Part shown: in pieces, positions 66,715 through 77,557 of the stretch
Layout: every line of letters begins with the position of its first letter
Position numbering within the stretch: position 1 is the stretch's first letter
From: Wallemia ichthyophaga EXF-994
Taxonomy: Eukaryota; Fungi; Basidiomycota
Direction: 5' to 3'
Assembly: GCF_000400465.1 (NCBI RefSeq)
Contig: NW_008806282.1
Coordinates: forward strand, 20,001 to 144,000
DNA length: 124,000 nt
Position numbers and translations under genes: made by a program
The notes under the pieces: generated by a model
The model's input: the letters and a program-made list of their open reading frames with translations, nothing else
Databases searched by the model: none
Told to the model about the DNA's origin: nothing

Positions 66715-66750
<36 letters not shown>
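66715..66750. repeat. (GT)18 microsatellite in a probable NHP6 5'-UTR intron
   Basis: Perfect dinucleotide run; CAG immediately precedes the NHP6 ATG on the minus strand. Confidence 0.9.
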
Positions 66751-66752
<2 letters not shown>

Positions 66753-67165
66753 TAGCGGGAGCAGCATCGCTGCAAATGTCTAGAGTACCTGGGAGTCATC
66801 TGCAAGTTATCTTGGCCTCTACGTTTTCTTTCCATCTCATCTCCCTCATCTCCACCGAAAACGCGCGCGAATGGACACACGCACAAAAAACACCACAGCA
66901 GCCACGACCATCATCCTCATCTGTGCAGAAATACCCACTTTTAATTAACTCCTCGTTGTTTTGCGCAGAGTGCCACGCCTGGTGTGGTCTGCTGGAGAGG
67001 CGGGCCATTTTTTATTTTAATTGAAAGCAGAACAAAGGTAAGGCGGCGGAAAAGGAAGGCGGGAGTGAAATATGTGAGTTTGTAAAAGTATAATTGAATA
67101 TAGATGTTAGATGTAGATGATTTATACGTGAATAAGACTACGTGTTTTGTGTGTAAACTACTGCA

Positions 67166-69991
67166 TTACTGCACAGCGCCCATGATCAATTCACAGGTGA
67201 AGCTATTAGGTGACCTAACGACCATCTCGAGGTTGACGCCTTCACCCTCCTCGAAAGCCATTCTGGCCATAGCGAGTACCTTGCCTTGAGCACTACCGCG
67301 GATGATACACCCACTAAGGCGGAGAGTGTGGAGGTGAGCGCTACCCACGACATCCGATCCACCCAAAGCCATCATACCGAGAAGGGCGGTGAGAGCGTCT
67401 GTAGCTTCCTGTAGACTACCCATAGCGGAGAGGGTGAAAGAGTCGCGTAGTTCACTGTGTTCGCTGTGCTCCATCGACATTGCCTCCCATTCTCCATCGA
67501 AACTGACCCACTCAGGACGTACATAGTCACTTATACCCAGTTCCACGTCATCCACTTGATATTCATCCGCATATCCCTCCTCCTCCACCATACCACTATC
67601 TGGATCTACCTCTTTGGTGGTAAAGGTGAGAGTGTTGGAGAGTGCGCCAGTGGGGTAGCCCGCATTGTCACCGTTACCGTCACCTTCATCGTCAATAAAC
67701 GAGTAGCTCACGTACGTACTCCGTTCGCCATCTGCAACTGTAAGTGTATCGATGGGAAGGATAAAGTCCTCGCGCAGGCTACCACCCACATCACCAAGAC
67801 CCATCAACACACTTACCCCATCAAGTACCGCCTCTGGGACCGTGTTGCGCACGTGGTATTCAAACACTACATGCTCGCTGAAGAGGTGCTTCTGTACACT
67901 CACTACATACTCCGTCTCCTCTTCTGTGAGATGGACTGGTGGCGATGTGTGCAATGGAGCACCGTATCCAGCGAATTCTGGGATAGACGTGATGTTGGTG
68001 GTGCTCGACAAGGCATGTGAATTGTGTGCAGATGTCGCTGCAGAAGCAGGTGCATCGTGTGATAAGAGCAATTCTTCAGAGTGAGCGGTTGCGTTATCCT
68101 TGTTATTTTTGCTATTTTCACTCTCACCCTGCTTCTCACCTAGGTCTCCCAACCTACCGACATGGGTATCCAATCTGATTTGGTCCTTGGGCATGCGTGG
68201 GATAACGGCAGAGTTGAAAGGCTCTTCATAATTTTGCTCTGTGGTATATGTGCAGAGGGATTTCTCCAATACACCCACACTCCATGTGTGCTCCTCGTGC
68301 GTCGTACGCTTGGCAAGCTCGTCGTCGTGAATAATACGCATGTACATGGCAGCTCTGTCGCGCACCTCGTCATCGCTATCGTCGAGACAGCGTCCGAGGA
68401 GCACTTTAACTGAACGTCTAACATGTTGGGCAGCGTATGCGACGTTTGTGCCGAATTTTGCCAAACTAGATACAGCAGCGGCGCGTACGATTGCATTCTC
68501 CAACACTACACGGTTGTATATATGGCGAATGTACTTGGTAGGCTCGGGTGTAGAGGGGCCTTCCACACCAAGCAAGTGCAATACACGCACGGATAACTTG
68601 GTGAACTCGCAATCTTCAATAAATTCACAAAGGTGGGCCAGTGCCATCTCTTTGCTCTCGCCTATACCCTTTATCATGTCGATTATCGCTTCCACTACCG
68701 CACGTTTGAAGTCATACCCTCCCTCATCACGTAAGGCCTGCGAGAGGAAAGCGAGCATTGCGGGGTATTTATTAGGGAACTTGAGACATAAAGTACGGAC
68801 GGCATCCACCACTATCACCTTGAATTCATCGGAAATTTCAAGCATGAAGGAGGAAATTTGCTTCATTAGCCTATCTACGCTGGCTTCATTGCCTGTCTTT
68901 AGCAAGGTGGTGATTGCGAAAGTGGCAATGGAGCGGTTAGAGTCGGTAATAAGGTTTTCAATTTCGAGGTTGCAGGATGAGACGGTAAGAGGGTGTCTCT
69001 GTGCAAGGTCGTTGAGAGTGCGAATGGCAGCGAATTTGAGGGGAGTGTTGGGGGTGCTGAGAGCGAGTTGAAGAACAGCGACAGGACGAGAGAGATGAAC
69101 AGGAGTAGCACCATTCCACTGGCAGATAGCTCTCGCAGCTTCAATGGAGACCATGTCAGATTTATTGCGTAACCAGGATTCCAATAGGGGGAGGATGGAT
69201 GAGGAGAGGTTTGGATCGGAATTGATTAGGCGTGAGGAGTAGCGCACGAGCATTGAAAGGGCTAGAGGGTTTCTAAGGGAGGAAGGCGATTGGGTGAGGG
69301 ACTGAATGAGTTTCGAAATAGCGACTCTGTCTTTATGACGGATATTGTAGAGCAAACCGAGAGCGTGGTATTGGGCGGTAGATGAGGGGTTAGTGGACAA
69401 GGCATCAAACACCTCGTTTGACCATCTGTTGATGGTATCGGAAGCTTGTGGGTGGATGTGGTAGGATGAGACGAGTGCAGAGGAGGAAATAGCGGGGGAT
69501 CTGTCGACGATGGCATTCTTATAAAACCTTTCAAATGATTGGATCATGGAAGGGTGAGTGATTGCAGCGAGAGTTCTGATTGCATTTGGGCGGTAAATGA
69601 GGTTTGAATTTGGCTGAATATCTTTAATAATCGAGGAGGTGGCCATGAGAACATCGTCAGCCTGGTTTGATAGCTGCTTCACCACCAAGTAAACCATCTG
69701 CCTCAAAGCAGGATCTTTGTTTTGGAATAATTTGGTGATGGAGAAGAAAAGGTTTGTAGATTCTAGTCTGTTGAAGCTGTCGTCGAGCAATAAATATGAC
69801 AGCTTGGTCAATAGAATCCTTGAATTCCTCGGACTGATTGGTGATTGGTTGAATATTCTAGCCTCTTGGAATATAGTAGTCTGGGTGTGGTTAGATGGCT
69901 ACAAATCGGCGTAAATAACCCAATAACCCACCTTGTCTTGATTTAAATTATTTAATTTATCATCTTCATCCTTTTTTATATTCAAGTTCAT
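67166..69991 (-). CDS. SEC21: Coatomer gamma subunit
   Basis: KKDED..QDK, QEARIFNQSPISPR, KLFQNKDPALRQMVYL, AHLCEFIEDCEF, NRVVLENAIVRAAAV, HLTEEETEYVV appendage. Confidence 0.96.
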
Positions 69992-70048
69992 GGTTGATGC
70001 GTTGGATAGACAGATACAACGACCAAGATACTTTGAATAAAATAAAAA

Positions 70049-71191
70049 ATGGGCGGCGGTGATCTAAATATGAAAAAGAGCTGGCATCCTATGCTGATGA
70101 AGAACCAGAGAGTGGTTTGGGATAAAGAGCAGGATGTTCTCCACGAGAAGAAGAAACTTGAGCAGTTGAGAAGGGAGAAGGAGGAGGAGAGGCAACTGCA
70201 GCAACTGCAGCAATTACAACACGCTTCTACGGGCTCAGCACCTTCCGACAGAATGGAATGGATGTACGCTGCTCCTGCCACCGCTAACTCTTTAAACTCA
70301 TCCGAAATGGAAGATTATCTCCTTGGCAAGAAGAGGGTTGATCATATTCTAAAGGGTGACGATGAGAAAGGGCTAGCGGGTCAGCAGCAACAGCAACCTC
70401 AACAGCATCCCAACAATCCCCGTGACACCTCCTCTAAGATCAAACTAGACCCAATGCTCGCAATTAAACAACAAGAACAAGCTGCTTACGACGCTCTCCT
70501 TAAAAACCCATTTAAACTTGGTCAGCTGAGGGAATCCGCAGGTCATTCATCCTCTTCCTCTAGAGCTGAAAAAGATGAACGCAAACAAGCTAGACATGAA
70601 AAGAGGTTGTTCAAGGAGAGTTTAAGAGAGGGTAAAACACGTAATGATAGATTGGGTGATAGGTATGGTGATATAAGGGGTGATAGACGGAGTGGTAGAT
70701 ACAGCGATAGATACAACGATAAATATAGCGATAAATATAGCGACAGATACAGTGACAGATACAGCGACAGATACAGCGACAAATACAGTGACAGATACAG
70801 CGACAAATACAGTGATAGATACAACGATAGATACAACGACAGATACAACGATAGATATCGTGATAGTCATCGCTACTCCCCACCACCACGCAAGCATCAC
70901 TCCCCATCACAGCATCCCCCAAATCCCTCCTCACAGTCTCGCGCTGATAAGTTGGCCGCTATGTCAGCTTCTGCCCAATCACTCCAATCCGAACGCGACA
71001 TTCGCCTCGCAGACATGCAACGCAAGGATGATGCCGAGAAGAAGCGTGACGATATTGCTAGATCCAGAGATGTGAAATATGGCAACCACAATCAATTCAT
71101 TGCAAACGAGCAACGTAAAGTTTATTCTGGAGATGGCGGTCTAGCTGAGCAAATGAGACGGAGGGGTGGTAACGGTGGTGGTGTAGTGTAA
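70049..71191 (+). CDS. CWC25: Pre-mRNA splicing factor Cwc25
   Basis: MGGGDLNMKKSWHP, RMEWMY, DPMLAIKQQEQ, LAEQMRRRG. Confidence 0.95.
   Translation: MGGGDLNMKKSWHPMLMKNQRVVWDKEQDVLHEKKKLEQLRREKEEERQLQQLQQLQHASTGSAPSDRMEWMYAAPATANSLNSSEMEDYLLGKKRVDHILKGDDEKGLAGQQQQQPQQHPNNPRDTSSKIKLDPMLAIKQQEQAAYDALLKNPFKLGQLRESAGHSSSSSRAEKDERKQARHEKRLFKESLREGKTRNDRLGDRYGDIRGDRRSGRYSDRYNDKYSDKYSDRYSDRYSDRYSDKYSDRYSDKYSDRYNDRYNDRYNDRYRDSHRYSPPPRKHHSPSQHPPNPSSQSRADKLAAMSASAQSLQSERDIRLADMQRKDDAEKKRDDIARSRDVKYGNHNQFIANEQRKVYSGDGGLAEQMRRRGGNGGGVV
70697..70864 (+). repeat. 14 x 12-bp coding repeat, (R/K)Y(S/N)D, in CWC25
   Basis: AGATACAGCGAC-type units, in frame. Confidence 0.95.
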
Positions 71192-71266
71192 TATAACAAT
71201 TAACATAAATATATTCATGTACTTGTAAATGTACATCTAATTCTATCTCCATTTAAACAACCCACT

Positions 71267-72811
71267 CTAAACACTAATCGTTTTGCAAATATTAAACCCA
71301 TCCGAGGCCGTAGACACAAAACAGCCGGGCACCTGCGCATGCCAGTGAACCTCTTTGATATCCTTCTGGCCTTGATGACAGAACATGAGTTGAGGAGGAA
71401 CGAGCTGCTCGACCTCGCTAGCCAACTCCTCCTGATCGAGCTCAACAGCGAGATCCCACAGGGTGACCTGATCGTCTGCACCTGAAGCAGCGAGGACCGA
71501 AGGCTCCTTATGATGCCACTCGATGCCCGTAATAGGACCTTTATGCCAATCGAACTGAGCAGCAGGCTGAGGGGCAGTGCTAGTACCTGGTTTGAAATTG
71601 CGCAAATCCCACACCTTTACCATTCCTTCATCACCCCCAGATGCCAGCAGATACTCCGTGTTTTTGTTCCAATTAATTACGTTCACATCCTCGCTATGTG
71701 CGTCGAGGACGCTGACGACAGCTGTGCGCGTGCGCACACGCGTATCCCATACGCGCACACTCCTGTCAGCAGAGCACGATGCGAATACGGTGCGTTCACT
71801 AGGCGACCACTGCAGGTCCTCAACGGAAGAGGTGTGCGAGGTGAATGGGGCGGGTGACGGGATATATCCGCTATCAGTGAAAGTAGAGTTGTGAATAACG
71901 CCCGCGCAGTCACCCGTCAGGAGCTGTCTCTCGCTCGCACCCTCGCGCGACCAGTCAAGCGCAAAACCCTCTTCGCTATGCGAGTTTATAGTGTAAAGAG
72001 GTTTATTATCGCGCGTCTTATCTACCATATACCCTGGATTAGCTAGTGCGAGTTGATGAGGACGGATGTTGAAGATGTGCACTTTGCCTGTATCTGCCCA
72101 GGTAGCAGCGAGATAAGGACGGTTGGGCATGCTAGTTGGATCAGTTGGTACGAAATTGTCTTCCACGCCCGCCACTCGGAATCGATTGATTCCACCGCGG
72201 TGCGCAATTGACTTGTACTCAAGTGTAGGCGTCTCATCTGCCGTCTCATCATCTTCTTCTTCGTCGCTGTCATCGTTCTGCTGCGTCTTCCATAAATTCC
72301 CCCAGCGCATTACGAGCACCTCATTCGCATCACCAGCCGCTTGCGTTCCCGTTGCTGCGTACATCTCTTGCGGATACGTACGGCGCTCCTCACCGCCCCC
72401 ATCGCGCAACAAGTCGAACGACAGACAAGGCCATGGAACAGACATCGTGTGCAGCATCTCGTAAACTGAGTTATCAGGCTCGAGTATTTCGTCTGGTTTG
72501 AGTTTATATTGGTGCGGTATGTAAGGCTGCGCGGATGGTGCTTGGGTGTCTCCTTCTTGGCCATTGTCGCCATTATCCACGCCGCCTATCTGCTCCATAT
72601 CGTCCATCTGCTCCACCCCATCCTCATCCTCATTCTCCCCGTCGTGTACCTCCCCGTCGCTCTCAAACTCATCCTCGTAGTTGTCCTCAAATTCTCCCAT
72701 CCCGTCTTCTCCTCCCCGGGAACCGTCGTGGCGCTCTTGTCCAGCGCGGCTCTTGGCTTGTGGCTGCTCTGCGCTGGCTGCTAATGGCGACGAGCGTCTC
72801 TTTGCTGGCAT
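71267..72811 (-). CDS. RRB1: WD40 ribosome assembly factor Rrb1/GRWD1
   Basis: YEMLHTMSVPWPCLSFDLLRD, GGINR, SHTSSVEDLQWSPSE, VPPQLMFCHQGQKDIKEVHWHAQ. Confidence 0.93.
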   Translation of the reverse strand: MPAKRRSSPLAASAEQPQAKSRAGQERHDGSRGGEDGMGEFEDNYEDEFESDGEVHDGENEDEDGVEQMDDMEQIGGVDNGDNGQEGDTQAPSAQPYIPHQYKLKPDEILEPDNSVYEMLHTMSVPWPCLSFDLLRDGGGEERRTYPQEMYAATGTQAAGDANEVLVMRWGNLWKTQQNDDSDEEEDDETADETPTLEYKSIAHRGGINRFRVAGVEDNFVPTDPTSMPNRPYLAATWADTGKVHIFNIRPHQLALANPGYMVDKTRDNKPLYTINSHSEEGFALDWSREGASERQLLTGDCAGVIHNSTFTDSGYIPSPAPFTSHTSSVEDLQWSPSERTVFASCSADRSVRVWDTRVRTRTAVVSVLDAHSEDVNVINWNKNTEYLLASGGDEGMVKVWDLRNFKPGTSTAPQPAAQFDWHKGPITGIEWHHKEPSVLAASGADDQVTLWDLAVELDQEELASEVEQLVPPQLMFCHQGQKDIKEVHWHAQVPGCFVSTASDGFNICKTISV

Positions 72812-72961
72812 CTTGGTTGGTGGTCGTAGTCCGGAACAAGGCGTTGCAAAGGAAATGAAATTTGTGTTGCGAGTGCAAGTTGACATTAATAAAGATAACA
72901 ATTAAATAGTACATACGCCAACCACATAAACGCATCAAATACACACTCTTAACACGCTCAT

Positions 72962-75900
72962 TTACCCCACATTTGCCCTCTCTGGATCCTTCATCCTGTG
73001 CACCTTGACCTCCTTGCCCAGCGAGATACTCGACATGTCCTGTGGCGTGATGAGCACGTACTGTATCCCTGTCGACGATTTCGCAGTTTCGATCTGTTGA
73101 GCGAGCGCGTCAGCAATCACCTCACAACAAATCCCCACACACCATCATTTTCATACTGATTTTGCGGTTAACAGCATCCATAAACACCTATTATCCGCGT
73201 TAGTCATGTCCTGTACCCACGCACTCCACCCACATCGAACTCATCCAGACATCTGATAGGACATCCAATCGCCTCCCATAGCGATAGGAGGAGGCAGATT
73301 GTAGAGAAGCTCTTCTCTCCGCCCGACAGCGACTTGGGATCCTTATCGCGTCTCCCCTGCGTAGCGAGCTGGTCGTCCGTCTGCACCATCAAATCGAGAC
73401 GTCTTTCACTGTGGTTGAAGTTGATTGTCCCGTAATACCCACGCACCGAGAGATGAAACATGAATTGGTACTTGGCTCGCATAGCGATGTGTTTACGAAA
73501 CTGCAGCCATTTCTGGGTACGCAAGTCGAGTGCCTTTTTAAGTTGGCGGATAAACGCATTCATCTCGTTTATATCTTTGTGCGCGCTATCTACGGCATCC
73601 AAAGCTCTGTGGTACTCTGCCGTCACTGCCTCTATGCCTTGTCCACTCCTCTGCTGCCGCGCGTGCAAGGCTGTTTCTATGCCCTGTATGTCGCGCTGTA
73701 TGTCCGTGACTGTGCGTGTCGTGTTCACTCGCCCTGGACATATCTCGTCTGCTTGCTCGAATGCTAATTTCAAGTCCCTCTCCAGTCTCCCCAATTTACT
73801 CTCGAATACACCTACTTTTTCTGACTCCTGCTGTTTCTGCTTGCGCCGGTGGTTCAGTGCTGCCACTGCCTGGTTATTTGCGTTGTGCGCATGTTTCAAA
73901 TTTTCCTCTATGTTCTGCCGCGTCTTGTCGTAGTCTGCCAGCTGTCTCTTCACCTCACTCAAACGCTCCATGTGCGGTTGAATGGAACTATTCAGTTCGT
74001 GCTGTTTGCTCGCTATCGCTGCATACTGCTGCTGCACTTTGCCCACCTCCTCCTTTTGCTCTGTAATGGCGTCGTCGAGTGCGGATATGTTCACCGGCTG
74101 CACACTCTGCAGACTCTCTCTCAGCTGGTTGATCTTCTCTTCACAATTTCTCTTCTCGTTGTATGCGCGGTTCTGTTCGCCCTTGTGTCGCATTGCTTCC
74201 TGCCTCACCTCTTCCACCCTCGCTGATGTGCTCATCTCCTGTCTCTGAATTCCTTGGTAATTTGTTCTAGCTTCTTTCAGTCGCTCCTCGGCTATCCTGC
74301 GCGCTTCCGTGTAATCAGTCGTCAGTCGAGGCGCTCCCTTGTAAGGAGGGAGTGTAATAGTTGAGCTCCCCACACCACCGCCAACTTGGAATAGTCCATT
74401 TAGTACATAGCAGCTTGTCACATTGTTCGGTTGGTTTCTCATTATTTTGTCAGCATCTTGGCGATCTCTAACCAGTATTGACGACTCTGAACGCGATTGG
74501 TTGACCAGTATACACCTCACTTCGGATGATTCACACTTTAATACCCTATCGATGGTGACAAACTCGCTGGATGGCTCACCGTTCGAGAAATCAAATGTCC
74601 TTTCACCCATCTGAATTACACCCGATGACGCGCCGTGTCTTTTCAAAATACCAAGCAACTTCTTACGGTCTTGGAAGTTGCTACAGGCGAATGCATTGAG
74701 CGTTCCACCCAACACACTCTCCAAAACTTTGCTCCATTTGTTATCGACCAATTTGACATATCTACCGAGTGGGCCGATTGGCTTTTCATTCCACTGCTGT
74801 CTTTCAATCTCTCTGATAATCTCAGGCATCTTATTTCCAAATGCTGCCTGTCTGTCGTTTTGAGATGCTCGAATTTGGTTAATGTCCTGCTGCGATTGCT
74901 GGATGTTGCTCTCCCAACCACTCTTCTGTCTCTTGAGATCTGCAAACTCATTCGATAGCGCTTCAGATTGGTTTCTCATTTCATCCACGTTCGATAAGGC
75001 CTCGAGTTCACTCTGGTTGTGCAACTCTATTTGCTCCTGCAGCTCATCCATCTTGCGACGCGTTTCATCGTTCTGTGCATTGTGGTCGATTTGCAGACGT
75101 GCATACTCTTCATTCTTCTGGTTCTCGAAGTCTCTAATTGTCGTTTGGATTTCATTGAGATAGTGGTTTAAATCGGCTTCCTCCTTTCTGTTGTTTTGGA
75201 GCTTAGTTTTGTGCACTTTAAAGTGGTCGTTGAGCGCCTCCTTCTCCTTTCTGAGTGCATTTAGTTGTGAGTCCTCGTCCATTGTGATCGATTCATATTT
75301 CTGCACCTCGGCCTGTGTCTCCTGATAGTCCATCTCGGCCGTTTGGAGAGCCTCTTCAATGGCGACCATTCTCTGCCTCGCCACCTCGTAGTCCTTCTCT
75401 TCGGCGTCGATATCTCTCTGCATCGCGGCGGGCACTGACCACGCTAGCTCGTTCTTCAGTTCAAGCAGTTTGTGCTGCTGATCTCTCGCCTTGGTCGCCT
75501 CTTTGTATCGCGAGTGTGCTCTATTTGCAGCCTCTTCTAGCGCTGGCAGCCTCTCCTTCTTATGCACGGTTGCGTCTCTCGCACTTGAGATGTTTTCGGA
75601 TATAAGCTGGTATTCGTCCGAGAGCTGCGTGAGCTGTGTGCCCTTAAGGAAGAAGTCATACTTCTCCTTGGCATGGCTGGCACTCAGGAATTGTCTCGCT
75701 TGGTCCTGGCTGAGGACGTTCATTGGGTTGTCGACCTGTATCATAAAGTGGTCGCAGATTGCTGTCAACTCCTGGCGCGTTGTGCTCACTGTTTTCCCGC
75801 TCGCACTTTTCAGCTTGAGGGCGTTGCCGATATCCCTCACCGTGCGCTCCACAACGATCGTCTTGCCGTAAACATCCTGCTTGTATGCTTCAGTGCCTTC

Positions 75901-76487
75901 GTTCTTTAGTTTGAGAATGATTTGTGCCTGGCTGTGGAAATTGTTGAGTGATCAGCCTCCGCGAAGAAGACACACCAACCTCTGACCAGATTTAATAAAC
76001 GACTTCAAGCTGCTGCCTCTGTTCGTAGCTGTAGCTCTCCCACCCAGCGCCAGAGTTATCGCTGTGAGAATTGCTGATTTCCCAGAACCGTTATGACCGA
76101 TGATGAAGTTGAGCTGAGGGCCCAAGTCAACTGGTGCTGTCAGCTGGATGCTCTGGATAGCCACCTGCACGAAACTCACAGGATAAATACTTGTGGCACA
76201 TGAAATTGTACACCTCCACGTACTGGATAATTCCAGCAGCTGCGACTCTTCCCTTGCTTTTCTTCTGCGTCTGGTCCTGCCTCTGTTCCTGCGCCACTAT
76301 CTGCATCTGCGCCGCATCAATCTCCTCATCTTCTTCGAGCTGGTCGTCGTCTTCTGAATTACCACCCTTGTGCTGCTTGTGTGGCGGCTGGAGATTATTT
76401 TAGCGCGTAAAACACCAGTAAATCCCCACCCACGCCATCTGTATCCTCCTCCAACAACAATCCATTATCCCGTTTTCCGCGTTTCAT
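72962..76487 (-). CDS. SMC6: Smc5/6 complex subunit Smc6
   Basis: VYNFMCHKY, NFIIGHNGSGKSAILTAITLALGGRA, FMIQVDNPMNVLSQD, hinge PIGPLG, LSGGEKSFSTICLLLSLW, LDEFDVFMD. Confidence 0.96.
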
Positions 76488-76507
76488 TAGTGATGATAAC
76501 CGAGAAG

Positions 76508-76587
76508 ACGCGTGTGTCATCATCGAGGGTGGTGTTATACTTTTATCGTACACATTCTCATCTCAAGTTTCCTTTTGGTAAACGCGT
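76508..76587. promoter_or_regulatory. Two MCB elements upstream of SMC6
   Basis: ACGCGT at 76508-76513 and 76582-76587. Confidence 0.5.
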
Positions 76588-77087
76588 TCTTTTACATGCA
76601 TCATTTCGGTCCTCGAAAACACACAGCAGCTAGTTCCTGTTCGCTCTGGGCCGTCGATAGCACACTTGATTGATAAATTCTCCTTTACTGCTATGTATTT
76701 TGTAGCTTTGAGCCGACTTAGTACAAATACAGCCTTCCTTTCACCTAAATCAGACTTTCCTGAACAATGAAAATTTCTGTTGCTGCCATTTGCAACACGA
76801 GCAATGGGTTAAGAACAAAGTAAAGACTTTCATGACATATTCATAGCATATTTTAACCGGTTCAAACAATCTGAAAAGGGTACGCATTGATATTTGTCTC
76901 CTGAATATATATGAACGTTTGCATTTGCAATATCAACAGCAGTGATATGAGAATGAAGAACAATTCGTTGGAAATTGACCTTCAATTACAATCGCCTACT
77001 GCCTTTGGTTGATTAGGGGCTCCCGCGCAAGTCAAATAGATTGACAGCCGGAGCTTCAAATCCATTCACTCTAAATCAATTACTCTC

Positions 77088-77129
77088 GATGTCATCGAAC
77101 TCTTCCATGTCGTCGACGTCAATACCCTT
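77088..77129. repeat. 42-bp perfect direct copy of the eEF3 terminal codons (77561-77602)
   Basis: GATGTCATCGAACTCTTCCATGTCGTCGACGTCAATACCCTT present twice, 473 bp apart. Confidence 0.95.
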
Positions 77130-77557
77130 TTCCTCAGCTAAGAAAACCAAGCGTGTCAAACGTAACAGAATTGTCATCGACTTTAACTAGAATCGTCGCT
77201 TGATGCAAAGACTTCAAGAGTCAAGTTGTCTCATTTTATATTGCTACAAAATATTTGCTAACTATATTTTCTTGCTCAATCTTTTTGGAACAGTCTTTTC
77301 GCTCAAGCAAACGTCTTGAAAATCTTCTTTGTCAAACTTCTTTCTTGATAAATCTTCATTATCCTTGGACAATCACATACTCAAACTCATCGTGAGCATG
77401 TGTTTGCCTTGTGTGTTAATCAGTGTTAACAATATTCAGCATCAACAGCTAGTCATATCAACATCCTGCTTGTATTAAGCACTATGCCTGTCAGCTTCAA
77501 CGAGTAGACTAAACGAGTGAAATAAAAGATTCATAAAATAGAAGAATAGCTACACGA

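Noticed and set aside
70543-71075. ORFs with (YLSL)n, (CRCI)n and (TDTA)n repeats
   Set aside because: Alternative frames of the CWC25 12-bp repeat.
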